64,000 bases of DNA from a virus, in the IMG/VR virus record IMGVR_UViG_3300046007_003718, positions 32,001 to 96,000 of that record, one strand, 5' to 3'. How positions within the stretch are numbered: position 1 is the stretch's first letter; each line of letters starts with the position of its first letter. The position numbers and the translations under genes were made by a program. Positions 36,779 to 47,484 of the stretch are shown here, one piece after another. Under the pieces are notes generated by a model. That model saw only the letters and a list, made by a program, of their open reading frames with translations. It did no database searches and had not been told where the DNA came from.

Positions 36779-39637
36779 TTATCTTTTAGAACCAGATCCC
36801 CAGCCAATGAAATTATCATCATATACTCCAAGTGACTGGATTGCTTGTTCTGGGGTCATACCATCAGACATAAGTTTTTCAACTTCATTGTCTATTAGAT
36901 CAAAATCTAGAGGTGCTGCGCCTTCTTTAGAATTTTCTTGCTTTAATTCCTTAAGACGCTTATGCAAATCGGCTAATTCGTCAGAAGCGATATCATCATC
37001 GCCGGGATAAATATACCCACCGTCAAGCACGCCGCGTTTTAGTTTAGCAATCTCTTTTTCAATCTCTTCTATTTCATCACTTCTATTTGCTGAAGTCTTA
37101 GCATTTTCTATTTGCTTAACTTTAGCAGCAGCCCAAGTGCGACCGGCGTTTCCGCCCCATGCTAACCAAGCAACATCCCAAGGAGTTATTTCGCCTTGCT
37201 TTGCTTTTTGCGAACGACCACCCGCATGACGCTCAAAGAATGAGTGCATACGCTTTACATGCTCGGGAGTTAATTCTTGCCCTTCGGCAATTTTCTTTGC
37301 TCTAGTTAGGGTTGCTGATTCAAATCCATCTCCAGCCTTACCTTCTGAGTGATACTTAATGCCACGCCTTGCAGCACTACGCACACCTTCTGGTGGTACT
37401 AGATTTAGATCGGATGCCTCCTTGACAGAGGCGCTAGATTTTTTTGAATCGCTTCCAAAAATAGGGTCTCTTTTGTTTCTTTGATTTTCAGATGCTAAAT
37501 CGTATGCGTGCCTTTGAGCATCTTGATGTGCTGTTTCGCCATGAAACTCTTTTATCTTTTGTCCATTACTGGCATTAAGCACTACAGCATACATCCCATC
37601 TTTAGTTGATCCATACGCAAAATCTCCGAGCCTATCAAATTCCATTGCCTTGTCATTTGATAAAATTATTGAAGATTTTTTTGGAGCATTATCCTCTTGC
37701 TTAACACCCTTAGCGTTCATATCTGAAGTGGCCTGAGCCTTTTCTTTATCTTTAGTATTTTCAGAATAAGGTGCTTCTCCACCGGGCTGAATAAACTCAC
37801 GAACTGGCTCACCAAAGTCAGTAAAGTCTTGATGTTCTAATCCCAATTCTTTTTGCTTTTGCTTAACATCTAAATTTTTGTACTTCTCGCCTTCTGATCC
37901 GCCAATTTCTTTATCAATACTCATTCTGCTTGGATCAGAAGCGCCTGCGGGTAGCCCCGGTTCATTTTGCTGAAGTTGGGCCATCTCGCCAACGGCTTCA
38001 ACGAGAATAGAAGCGGTCTTCTCTGGGATTCCCTGAGCAACATAGAATTCTTCTAAGGCCTTTACGCTCGCACCACGAAGATAATCGTAACGATTTGGTC
38101 CTCTTGTCTTGAATTGAGGCTCCCCCTCAATCATCTCTTTTCTTCTACGAGCATTTTCTTTCATCTTTTCTTCTGCTCTTGATTGATCTTCAATCATATC
38201 TTCATACTCGCTCTTTTCAGAAGAAGGGCTATTTAATTCAATAGTAGGTTGCTCTTGAGCCTCTAGTTCATCCATCTTTCTTGCTCTAGCAGGCAGTGGC
38301 TTGTCTTTGCTTGACCAGTCTGGAGCATTGTAACCAACATCATTATTGCGGTCCATAAAGCCACGAAGCATTTCTCTCCAACCAGCATTCTTTTGAATCC
38401 ATTCTGGTACAAGGGAATCTGCGTTCTCTAAAATAAATGCAGCCTTTTTCTTTTCACGATCTGCATCACACTTCTCACAAGAGCCGGGAGAGCAAGGCTT
38501 AGTTCCGGGGACACGCTTGTACCCATCCCAGCAATTACATTCCTTAGCCTCTCTTACTGAAGAATTCTTTCTTTCATCTCTTTCGTTCCATCTTGATTGG
38601 TATTCATGAGCCGCATCGAATGCTTCATCAAGACTATCGTAAACATCACGAACATCATGCCCCGAGAATATCAAGTTACCTCCCTTCCCCTCGTAGTAAC
38701 CGGGAGGGATGTGAGATAACTGATAGCGAGTCTCCCTACGTCCGGGGTAATCGGGTGGATCAAAGTCTAGAAGGCCCATATCAAGTTGCTCTTCTCTACT
38801 TTGAGGATCAATATTCCACTCACCATGCGGTCCCTTGGCAGTGTAATAATCGTCCCCGTGGTCTTGCCAATCAATGTTAGCGGTCTTTACTACTGAAGAT
38901 TCTTTCTTTTCTTCTTCTTCGTCCTCTTCTTCTTTTTCTTCAGAATCTGACTCCTCATCCTCTTCATCTTCTTCCTTGGATTCATCTTCTTCGGTCCAAG
39001 GCTTGTCCCATTCAGCCTGCCTGATAGTCGCCTCTTTTAAATCAGTTCCTGCTGCTTCGTCTAAGGAGTGATCAACACCACTATCATAAAGGGCGCTTAG
39101 AGCCTTACTAATTTGTTCTTCTAGCGACCAATACTTATCACTACCTTCCTCTTCACTATCAATACCATCTAATTCACTCTTCAGATGCTCAAGTTCCATC
39201 TCTAATTGATTCTGGTCTTGATTCCAGCCCCCCTGAAGTGCAGATTGTACAAGTGGCTTATACTGATTCCAATACAGTTCAATCTGATCTAAGTCCATAT
39301 TGTAGCCAACATAATCATTGATTAGATCTGAATGTGCTTCGTCTTTTCCAGCAAATGGATCAACATATGGGTTTGCCTTCTTAACAGCAGCCTCTTTTAA
39401 ATGAGTTACTGTTGCATCATAGATAGTCTCTGAAGGAATGTCATACTCTGCGGCATACTTATCCGCAACTGAACGAATGTCATCAGAAAGGAAATCAACT
39501 CTCTCTGGATTCTTGGCTACGAAACTTTCAAAACGCTGTTCGCATTCTAACTGTGAGGCCATAATAGCCTTAGTTGGATTAATTCTTTCAGCCTCTTGTC
39601 TCATATTGAGTTCTAGGCTCTCAAACATATCGCTCAT
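36779..39637 (-). CDS. Large modular head-associated protein
   Basis: Modules CWDGYKRVPGTK and PPEGVRSAARRG...VKRMHSFFERH...AWLAWGG, separated by KEA/KTA/REA/KNA sites; TAATG coupling. Confidence 0.7.
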   Translation of the reverse strand: MSDMFESLELNMRQEAERINPTKAIMASQLECEQRFESFVAKNPERVDFLSDDIRSVADKYAAEYDIPSETIYDATVTHLKEAAVKKANPYVDPFAGKDEAHSDLINDYVGYNMDLDQIELYWNQYKPLVQSALQGGWNQDQNQLEMELEHLKSELDGIDSEEEGSDKYWSLEEQISKALSALYDSGVDHSLDEAAGTDLKEATIRQAEWDKPWTEEDESKEEDEEDEESDSEEKEEEDEEEEKKESSVVKTANIDWQDHGDDYYTAKGPHGEWNIDPQSREEQLDMGLLDFDPPDYPGRRETRYQLSHIPPGYYEGKGGNLIFSGHDVRDVYDSLDEAFDAAHEYQSRWNERDERKNSSVREAKECNCWDGYKRVPGTKPCSPGSCEKCDADREKKKAAFILENADSLVPEWIQKNAGWREMLRGFMDRNNDVGYNAPDWSSKDKPLPARARKMDELEAQEQPTIELNSPSSEKSEYEDMIEDQSRAEEKMKENARRRKEMIEGEPQFKTRGPNRYDYLRGASVKALEEFYVAQGIPEKTASILVEAVGEMAQLQQNEPGLPAGASDPSRMSIDKEIGGSEGEKYKNLDVKQKQKELGLEHQDFTDFGEPVREFIQPGGEAPYSENTKDKEKAQATSDMNAKGVKQEDNAPKKSSIILSNDKAMEFDRLGDFAYGSTKDGMYAVVLNASNGQKIKEFHGETAHQDAQRHAYDLASENQRNKRDPIFGSDSKKSSASVKEASDLNLVPPEGVRSAARRGIKYHSEGKAGDGFESATLTRAKKIAEGQELTPEHVKRMHSFFERHAGGRSQKAKQGEITPWDVAWLAWGGNAGRTWAAAKVKQIENAKTSANRSDEIEEIEKEIAKLKRGVLDGGYIYPGDDDIASDELADLHKRLKELKQENSKEGAAPLDFDLIDNEVEKLMSDGMTPEQAIQSLGVYDDNFIGWGSGSKR

Positions 39638-42093
39638 TATAGTAACCATCCTTCATCTGAAATTTCAGTGTTTGACTTTTTCTTTTTAGGCTTTTCTTCG
39701 CCCTCTTTCTCATCATCTTCTGCCTCTTCTTGCATATCGTCAATCTCATCAATGGTTTCAAAAAGAGTGGAGGCAGCAAATCTATCAACAAAATCATCAG
39801 GCTCATTTTCTGCCATTTGACTCATTTCATCAGGATCCATCTGATGTGCAACAGAAGAATCTAGATATTGCTCAATTTGAAATGATGCTCCGGGAATATA
39901 TTTATCTAGGTCATCAAAATTCGAAAGGGGAGCATTGACAATATCTTCGGCATGAAGAAGAATTTCTTCTTTTAATTTATTGATTTCTTGTTCCCACTTA
40001 TTATTATCCCAACGAAATCCGTCTTCCGCATCTGTTTTAGAACCGCTTCTAAGAACACGCATTCCTTCTCTTGCATAATTTATCAATTCTTGAATTTCTG
40101 CTTCTGATTCATTTTCTGATATTTTTTCAGTCGCTTCTCTCATTTGAATAACAAAAGAACGACGAACTTTTTCTACATTTGCAAGGAATTCATTAGCAAT
40201 TTCTTGAGCCTTCTCTGCGGGAAGAGCAGAAACTTTAGGCTGAATAAATGTAGTTGCAAGTCTAGCAACTTCTTGTCCATCACCGATCAGAACAGGAGAA
40301 ATGTCTGAAACGAATTCAACGGAGGCAATTCTAGCGAATTCATTCCAATTAGTTGCTTCTAGTTCTTCTTCCATTTCCGCAGCAATGAGTACGATTGATT
40401 CTCCACCACCGGGGCCAAATGCATATCCACCAGCGGCTTCCTTGCCGAACTCGTACTTGGGTAGGCTATTTACATATTCATCTTCACCAACGAAATCTGC
40501 GCTAGCGAGGCGAGTCTGACAAAATACAATTTCGTTAGCAAGGGCAACCTTAGCCTCTCCAAGAAGTCCCATCTCGGCAACATCTTTAGTTGTTGAGATT
40601 CTGTTATGAACTTCTCTTTGCAACTTAGTTGCAGCCTTAATTCTTTGTGAATATGTGTTTCGATAATCCTCTGGTAGAGCCTCTAGAGCGTCATACCAGT
40701 CACCGCTAAGGTGTGCTGCAATCTTGTCTAGCAATTCATCTCTAGTATCAGCAAGTTTATCTTGCCTTACCTTTTGTAAATCTTCAATGGGGAATTCATA
40801 TTCCCCACCATTTTCTAATTTTACACTCGCCATTTTGCCGTAGAGAGTATCCCATACTCCAGTTACCTCTCCTGTGTTTCCACTGGCTCTGACGATAGTG
40901 CCGGGATTGATCGCAGGATCATCCTCTAGTTCTAGATTCTCAGCCACTTGATTTGCCTCCTCCTCGCTAGCGCCTTCATTTTGCAGAATCTGTACTAAGT
41001 CAGTTTTAGTCATTTGTGGATCATTGGAAACAAAATCTTGACCTCTTCCGCCCCAATATCCTAGATCTTGATCAGAACCCATCTCTGGAGCCTGACCAGA
41101 ATCTTGTCCTTCTGTAAAGAATTGTCCATCTTCAGTATCTTCGGGACCACCAATAAAACCCCCACCAGTAGCCTCAAAGTCATTTGGACCGGGAGCGCCC
41201 TCTAGTGAGTCGTTGATTCCTCCGGGGCCACCCTCGTCACCCATTCCAGCACCATATGGAAAATCACCACTTGGACCCATATCTAGATCTTCTGGGGCAT
41301 CACTTTCAGGACCAATTCCCGATAGGTCTGCTCCGGGGTATCCTTCGTCCCCCTGATCCTCCGCTCCACCTTGCTCCCTAGGAAGAGATGCGGCATGGGC
41401 TTCTTCGTCAGTTGCCCCAGCACGTTTTAGTTCTTCGATAATTTGATCCTGAGAGATTCCCTTATCTTGCAAAGTAAGACCAAGTTCTCTCCAAGAGAGT
41501 TCTACAGATGTTTTATTAACATTTGAAGTCTTTCCGCCAAACAGTTCATTTATGAGTTGTTGAATTGATTGGGAAGAAACGTTATGCTTTTCTAGCATAG
41601 TTCTTATAAATGAAGAATCAATTTCATCACGATTAGATTCTGCATGATTTAGCAACTCTTGGAGTGCAGCGGGAGGCACATCGTCGTATTTATATCCGGG
41701 ATCGGCATAATCTGCAAAAGCATTATCATCCCCCTCTTGAATATCAGTATGTTGATTAACTGACTGAGAACCTTCATCTGTATTGAGCATATCAATAGCA
41801 TTTGAAGCATCTTCTCTTGTATAACCCATCTCCAGAAGGGCATCTAAGATTTGACCAAGATCAATATTAGTGCTGAACATCACCTTGGCTGCCTGTAGGG
41901 CGTTTACTCCAGAAGACTTTAGATAGGTAACTTCAGGGCCATCCTGAAATACCATCATTACTGCCATTTTTGCTGTTTTGGGATCAAATCCCATTTGAGT
42001 AAGTTCTCTAACAATATTTCCGATATTGCTGTATCTCACATCTGGTCTCTGCTTTACCAGAGTGATTGCAGCAGAGAGGTCGGTTTTTGCCAT
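39637..42093 (-). CDS. Large acidic head-associated protein
   Basis: Between terminase and portal; repeated L..MG...E.A helical units; Gly/Pro/Asp linker. Confidence 0.65.
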   Translation of the reverse strand: MAKTDLSAAITLVKQRPDVRYSNIGNIVRELTQMGFDPKTAKMAVMMVFQDGPEVTYLKSSGVNALQAAKVMFSTNIDLGQILDALLEMGYTREDASNAIDMLNTDEGSQSVNQHTDIQEGDDNAFADYADPGYKYDDVPPAALQELLNHAESNRDEIDSSFIRTMLEKHNVSSQSIQQLINELFGGKTSNVNKTSVELSWRELGLTLQDKGISQDQIIEELKRAGATDEEAHAASLPREQGGAEDQGDEGYPGADLSGIGPESDAPEDLDMGPSGDFPYGAGMGDEGGPGGINDSLEGAPGPNDFEATGGGFIGGPEDTEDGQFFTEGQDSGQAPEMGSDQDLGYWGGRGQDFVSNDPQMTKTDLVQILQNEGASEEEANQVAENLELEDDPAINPGTIVRASGNTGEVTGVWDTLYGKMASVKLENGGEYEFPIEDLQKVRQDKLADTRDELLDKIAAHLSGDWYDALEALPEDYRNTYSQRIKAATKLQREVHNRISTTKDVAEMGLLGEAKVALANEIVFCQTRLASADFVGEDEYVNSLPKYEFGKEAAGGYAFGPGGGESIVLIAAEMEEELEATNWNEFARIASVEFVSDISPVLIGDGQEVARLATTFIQPKVSALPAEKAQEIANEFLANVEKVRRSFVIQMREATEKISENESEAEIQELINYAREGMRVLRSGSKTDAEDGFRWDNNKWEQEINKLKEEILLHAEDIVNAPLSNFDDLDKYIPGASFQIEQYLDSSVAHQMDPDEMSQMAENEPDDFVDRFAASTLFETIDEIDDMQEEAEDDEKEGEEKPKKKKSNTEISDEGWLL

Positions 42094-42127
42094 AAGATTA
42101 TCCTTTAGTAAATGCATTTACTACCAA

Positions 42128-44059
42128 TTATAGGGTCGGACGGCGTGTTTTATTATAAGTGTTTTGCCTTGGAACCCTTTTTGCACTGCGAACTCGCATC
42201 GGTTCTGCTTTTCTTTCGTAAAAATGAGACATAGATTCGGGCACATTGCTTGCGGGACGAGAGTTATATCCACCGGGCGCACCCATAACAAGACCCTCAG
42301 AATATGGCTCCATTTGTACAAAATCGCCAACTAATGAATCAACAACTTCCATTATACAGTCTGCGATATCCTTTGTGGTTACAGGTCCAACTTCCTGTTT
42401 TACCACACGATTTCCCTTCTGCTGAAGAAACTTTAGTTCATTTTTAGCGAGTTCAAGGAGGGGGAAATCAGCAGGAGCGTGTACCAAACCGAGGTTTATT
42501 GCTGTTTTAAACCTATCTGCTCTTGCAAAGTTTAACTTTTCTGTAGCAGTAACTTCTCTAATCATTGTTTCGCCAGCACCTTTTTTGCGGCTTTCTTTCC
42601 TAAGCCACTGAATTAGCCCCTTTGATTGGAATTGATCGAAAGTAAATTCTTTTGGTCTAAAAAGCAAGATCTTTTCAAGGATTTCGTCTTGAACATCAAG
42701 GTAGTTAATTGTGTGATCTGGGAAGTCTGCTGGGATCCATGCGTGAATAAGGTCAAAGAATACATGAGGTATTTCTCTTCCTTGCTCATCTTCGTGATAT
42801 TCAACATGCCCAACTGCCAGACCAAAGTTGGCGGTAGTTGTTGAGGGGTCGCAATGCCCCTTAAATACAACACCGGGACCATAGCCAGCGCGGTCCTTAG
42901 TCGTTCTTAATATACGATTCTTCCAAGGCTTAAACATATCATCAACCTTGTTTGGATCTAAAAACCCGTCTATGACTTCTGCAAACTTAGAACGACGCTC
43001 AACTGAAAATTTCTCAGGATTACGTTCTTCTTCCAAAGCCATTGCTTCATCTACTCTTGGAGAAAGCACAATTGCATTCTTAAAACGTCGTTCTGGATCT
43101 TTATCCCAATCCTTGTAAAGTTCCCATGAAGGAAACTGAAAACCCATCATACGGTAGTCAAGAATTTCACTTGAAAGTTGCTCTTGATCTGGTATAATAT
43201 CCATTGCGACGAGATAGTTACTATAGAACTTTCCTACCTTAGTATATGGAGAAGAGTTCTCAAAGATAAGAGCATCTTCTTTAAACTGGTCAAGTGCAGG
43301 ACGAGCCGCCTCTAGAATTTCATCGGCTCCCGATTTACTATTAACACCTTCCATCATGTGAGCCATCTCATCCATGATAAGAACCATCGTTGCTTCTCCA
43401 CGGATGGTAGAAGCGTTTGCTGCTGAAGGCTTGATTCTAATAGATGCCAAGTCTCTTTCTGCTTTAAATGCACTACCTGCTTTTAGTTGAGCAGCCTTCT
43501 CAATATCAGCGGGAGTCATAAGACTGATTTCTTTTTCAAGAAACTTTGACCAGTATGGTCTAAGTGCTTCGCATGAAGTAACAGCGCCGTTAATATCGGC
43601 AAACTGATAACGCTTTGCCTGATCTTCGGATGCTGCGATTGCAGTTACCCAAATCGCCTTATCGCGGTCAATCCCATATTTGTCTTGTGGATTTTCCATA
43701 TTGATGAGATCATAAATCTTTTTAGCAACCGCAAGGCCAGTGATGTGGCCTTTTGAAGAACGACGACCTCCGATAAGCATCACCTCTCTAAAGTGATCAT
43801 AGTTCTTATCTCTAAGCGTCTGAATGCGTTCACGAATTCTGGGAGAGATCATTACTTCTCCAGATTTGTTGTGAATCCATTCATCTAGAACATCTTCTTC
43901 ATAGCCGGTGAGTTCTTCAAGAAAGATTAGTTTAAGAAGAAGACGCTGCCTAGGATAGAGAGGCTTATTACAATAATCACTAGACTCCGCAAATTCAACA
44001 ATTGAAATATTTTTATCTCTAAGATTATTTGTAAAAAAATCTAAAAGATCAGTTCCCAT
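42128..44059 (-). CDS. terL: Terminase large subunit
   Basis: GRRSSKG Walker A, IMDEMAH Walker B, HCDPS / FDQFQS / KDIAD RNase H-like nuclease. Confidence 0.88.
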   Translation of the reverse strand: MGTDLLDFFTNNLRDKNISIVEFAESSDYCNKPLYPRQRLLLKLIFLEELTGYEEDVLDEWIHNKSGEVMISPRIRERIQTLRDKNYDHFREVMLIGGRRSSKGHITGLAVAKKIYDLINMENPQDKYGIDRDKAIWVTAIAASEDQAKRYQFADINGAVTSCEALRPYWSKFLEKEISLMTPADIEKAAQLKAGSAFKAERDLASIRIKPSAANASTIRGEATMVLIMDEMAHMMEGVNSKSGADEILEAARPALDQFKEDALIFENSSPYTKVGKFYSNYLVAMDIIPDQEQLSSEILDYRMMGFQFPSWELYKDWDKDPERRFKNAIVLSPRVDEAMALEEERNPEKFSVERRSKFAEVIDGFLDPNKVDDMFKPWKNRILRTTKDRAGYGPGVVFKGHCDPSTTTANFGLAVGHVEYHEDEQGREIPHVFFDLIHAWIPADFPDHTINYLDVQDEILEKILLFRPKEFTFDQFQSKGLIQWLRKESRKKGAGETMIREVTATEKLNFARADRFKTAINLGLVHAPADFPLLELAKNELKFLQQKGNRVVKQEVGPVTTKDIADCIMEVVDSLVGDFVQMEPYSEGLVMGAPGGYNSRPASNVPESMSHFYERKAEPMRVRSAKRVPRQNTYNKTRRPTL

Positions 44060-44379
44060 TATTCAATTTCCTCAATATCCTGATTCAATTCTCTAGCCTT
44101 CTTAACTTCGTACTGTTTCTTCTCATGATCAAATCCAGAGATAGGATCTACCCGATCAATGATAGTAACGACAAGTTCAAGAATATCTGTATCTTCGTTG
44201 AGTTGCCAATCGGCATCTGCTTCGAATCCGTTATCATATAAACGGCCTTCTAGTTCTGCAATCATGTTCCACATTGTATCAAAGTTGTTATTAGCATCTT
44301 TATATTTATATTCAATGCGTCCAACAACATCTCTAATTTTAACGATATCCTCATCGTACAGATTAATCATGCTGTCCAT
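44059..44379 (-). CDS. Hypothetical protein
   Basis: GGAGG RBS; coupled to terL. Confidence 0.6.
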   Translation of the reverse strand: MDSMINLYDEDIVKIRDVVGRIEYKYKDANNNFDTMWNMIAELEGRLYDNGFEADADWQLNEDTDILELVVTIIDRVDPISGFDHEKKQYEVKKARELNQDIEEIE

Positions 44380-45076
44380 CAATTTCCTCCTCTGAAATAA
44401 TAATTTGGTCAACGGGAACTTCCACATCGCCAACCGTTGCTTTCTCTACCCCAGATTCTAGACTTAGAATATCTCCCTTAGCAATTTCTTTTGCTCTGGC
44501 AGCAACAGCAGCATGGAGGTCTGGAGGAACAATTTCTCTAATTGCCTGCACCATAGATTTAACCTGAATCATCATCTTTTCTTCAAGAACTGAGTAACCA
44601 TCATTCATCAACTCTTCTCTCAGTTCGATAGCCTTAAGAATGTCCTTCGGATCAAGATTCAAATCTTCATAGATTAATTGGTCCCATCCCTTTTGAATGA
44701 ATACATCTAGGTATGCCTTACCAGAAATGATTCTAATTTCATTTTCAGCATTTGCCTTCTCGTACTCTTCTGCGTGCTTGTCAATAATTGCACGATACGC
44801 AGACTTCTCTAGATTAAGGTGCGACTCTTTATGACGCTGAACAGAACGATAACTAATGTCTTCACCTGCGTTCTGCAAAGACTCTGCAATCTTTCTAACG
44901 CTAAAGCCACGGATAAGCATCATATCTACATTAGGACGCCATTTAGATTGGCATACTTTGCAACGGCTTGATGACACGACTTCAAAAAGTTCGTTTTCTC
45001 CAGCGGCTGGAAGTCTACTTGACTTCTCTTTTTTCTTGCCGTCATCTTTTTCTGGCTGTTCTGGTAGTTTAGGCAT
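44363..45076 (-). CDS. Possible terminase small subunit (CxxC + HTH)
   Basis: CKVC...GFSVRKIAESL...SVQRHKESH; upstream of terL. Confidence 0.5.
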   Translation of the reverse strand: MPKLPEQPEKDDGKKKEKSSRLPAAGENELFEVVSSSRCKVCQSKWRPNVDMMLIRGFSVRKIAESLQNAGEDISYRSVQRHKESHLNLEKSAYRAIIDKHAEEYEKANAENEIRIISGKAYLDVFIQKGWDQLIYEDLNLDPKDILKAIELREELMNDGYSVLEEKMMIQVKSMVQAIREIVPPDLHAAVAARAKEIAKGDILSLESGVEKATVGDVEVPVDQIIISEEEIDGQHD

Positions 45077-45414
45077 TAGCGGTAAAAACTTGCTCCGTTG
45101 ACTTTACGCTGGTACTCACTGTTAACTTTACGCCCATCTGGGTGAGTTCTATTGTAATATCCTTGCTGAATAGAAGGATCTGGAATACCCACCTTTGTAT
45201 AAATCTCTCTCTTATAACGAGTTCTCATATGCTCTTTAAATAAAATAGGATTTTTATGGTGTATTCTATTACCGGCTCGCACATCTGCTTTTAATATCAT
45301 ATCGGTAATATAGTCAAGTTGAGCAGGAGTTAAGTTTGGGTCGTTAATATCAAACTCATAATACTCCTCTTCAAATGTTAATTCTTCAAATTTGTTATTA
45401 ATCTCTTTGCTCAT
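45076..45414 (-). CDS. Hypothetical protein
   Basis: Operon context. Confidence 0.6.
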   Translation of the reverse strand: MSKEINNKFEELTFEEEYYEFDINDPNLTPAQLDYITDMILKADVRAGNRIHHKNPILFKEHMRTRYKREIYTKVGIPDPSIQQGYYNRTHPDGRKVNSEYQRKVNGASFYR

Positions 45415-45745
45415 CTTCATCTCCAAAATAAACATCTGCCAACTGACGAGATGCGCTTTCTACATATTGCCCGACAGACACTGTTGTTATGCCCATGATC
45501 TCAGCAACATCTTTTTGCTTTTTATCTAAAATAACGTTGAGATAAAAAGCCTCTTTCTTTCGTGGGCTTAATTCTTCTAACCCAACGCCCAGATCATGAA
45601 AAGATATCGTAAGCCCACGATGGCTTATTGCGTGCTTACCTGTAGCCCTGACGTATTCTTGAAATTGAAGATAATTTCTATATAACTCACGCATGACTTT
45701 GTGCTTTTGAAGAGTTTCTGCATCTTTCTTTTTTGTCTTTGGCAT
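45398..45745 (-). CDS. Sigma-70 region-4-like HTH regulator
   Basis: LSPRKKEAFYL...KQKDVAEIMGITTVSVGQYV. Confidence 0.75.
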   Translation of the reverse strand: MPKTKKKDAETLQKHKVMRELYRNYLQFQEYVRATGKHAISHRGLTISFHDLGVGLEELSPRKKEAFYLNVILDKKQKDVAEIMGITTVSVGQYVESASRQLADVYFGDEDEQRD

Positions 45746-46278
45746 TACTCTTCTTCCTTTACATGATGAAGGTCTGGAAAGTAACTCATTCCAATCGCAA
45801 TAGCATCAGTTTCGTCAAAAGGTATATCACTTAACTTTCGTTCTTGTTGGATTTCAGGGTATTCCGCAATTACCGCTCTGCGAATAACAGCCTTACTTGC
45901 AGAAGAATCTCCAACAATCATCGTCTTGACAGACCTTGCTGATATATCTTTCCATTCTATTTCATCTTCATAAGCCATAATCTTACACACGGCGATTACT
46001 GAAATAACAAGAGGCAATTGAGGGGATATGCCAAAATTTCCTTTATTGGAAATGGGAGGAATAATCTCAGCGATTATATGAGTAACTTTATTTTCTTCAA
46101 TTAATTCATCAAACCAGTGATACATATCATAAAGACCAGTGTTCAAATAGGCTTGATATTTTTCGTCTTTGCCACGTTCTCTTGGAGATCTAACTCCGTG
46201 AGTGATTAACTCAGCGTTTTCATCAAAAATTGCGTACCCGAATCTTTTAAAGCCGGGGTCAATTGCTAGTAACCTCAT
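45745..46278 (-). CDS. ruvC: RuvC-like Holliday junction resolvase
   Basis: LAIDPG, AE, VK...G...ASK, DETDAIAIG. Confidence 0.85.
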   Translation of the reverse strand: MRLLAIDPGFKRFGYAIFDENAELITHGVRSPRERGKDEKYQAYLNTGLYDMYHWFDELIEENKVTHIIAEIIPPISNKGNFGISPQLPLVISVIAVCKIMAYEDEIEWKDISARSVKTMIVGDSSASKAVIRRAVIAEYPEIQQERKLSDIPFDETDAIAIGMSYFPDLHHVKEEE

Positions 46279-46973
46279 TTAGCCTCCGGTGGTGTTTCAT
46301 TCTGGACGCATTCCCAAACATATGACCATTTCTTATAAATATCTTGTATAAGATTTTCATCATATTCAATAGCAATTTCTCTTAGATCGTGTGCAGGCAA
46401 TCCACCCTTACCGGGGGAGCCTCCTTTTCTAATGCAGAGAATAAATGCCTTTCTAATACCAGTCCAATCCATATAGCAATTGACTTGGGCGGTCCATTTA
46501 GCAAGAGTTTGAGGAAAGGGTCCAGTATCAAACTCATTGTCATTCATGGTCTTTAGATCTACAATGTATTCGCCACCCTTTGGCATATCAACAATAAGAT
46601 CCAGCGTTCCCTTACCTGTCCATCCATCTGGATGATCATACCCATAAGATCTTTCGACATTCTCTGGTTTTGCGTATCCCATTGCAACCAGAATGTTTTG
46701 GTAATAAGCGTGCCAAAAGTGACCACAATCAAAAACGCGCCTTAACCCGGCAGAAACTCTTTTCTCTTCTTGTCCGGTTAGACGCTTATACAACTCATGT
46801 GGAGATGCCAAACAATCTCCTGATGGGTGAAAACATTGATCTGGAACTCGTCTAAAGTTTTCTATTTCTACGGTCCACTTGTCTGGAAACTCTCCCCGAT
46901 TTTGATATTGATCAATATAAGGGACAAGCATATTTCCAGTTGATAATTTTTTTAGTAGTGTTTTATTTAGCAT
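46275..46973 (-). CDS. Cas4-like PD-(D/E)XK exonuclease
   Basis: FHPS, G..WH, GTLDL...VDLKT, QVNCYM. Confidence 0.75.
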   Translation of the reverse strand: MLNKTLLKKLSTGNMLVPYIDQYQNRGEFPDKWTVEIENFRRVPDQCFHPSGDCLASPHELYKRLTGQEEKRVSAGLRRVFDCGHFWHAYYQNILVAMGYAKPENVERSYGYDHPDGWTGKGTLDLIVDMPKGGEYIVDLKTMNDNEFDTGPFPQTLAKWTAQVNCYMDWTGIRKAFILCIRKGGSPGKGGLPAHDLREIAIEYDENLIQDIYKKWSYVWECVQNETPPEAK

Positions 46974-47313
46974 CTTCAATAATTTCTATATCGTCATGAA
47001 TTGATCTAACTACAAGATCAATAGCCTCTCCAGTCTCTAACTGGAAACGAATAAACATTGTCGGTCTACGGTTCTGTTCTTGAGCCTCTTCAATAATCTT
47101 ATTCCACGTTTCTAACTTAACAGAATAAGACTTTTTTTCAGTAGCCTTGCACTCGGCTGTGAAATCAAAGTTTTCACCAATCTCAAACCTAACGTCGCCA
47201 CGATCAGCCCAAGATGCCCCGGACGATGCAGACCTTCTACCATTATACATTTTAGCAATGTATGTTTCATGGCGTCTTGCTAACTCAGTTGTTGTTTTTG
47301 CTCTACTTTGCAT
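46963..47313 (-). CDS. Hjc-like PD-(D/E)XK resolvase/endonuclease
   Basis: RHE...SGA...GDV...AECKATEKKS. Confidence 0.75.
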   Translation of the reverse strand: MQSRAKTTTELARRHETYIAKMYNGRRSASSGASWADRGDVRFEIGENFDFTAECKATEKKSYSVKLETWNKIIEEAQEQNRRPTMFIRFQLETGEAIDLVVRSIHDDIEIIEDAK

Positions 47314-47484
47314 TTAAACCTCTTATAAGAAATATATCATAAAATAGAGCCGCCGTCGTCTTCCCAACGAGACATTTCTCTATCATATTCTTCAAACCAA
47401 TACTTAAACGTTTTTAAGTATTCTTCATTTGGCATATCTCTATATTTCCATGCCAATTGTATCATATTTATAATTCTAGGATCT

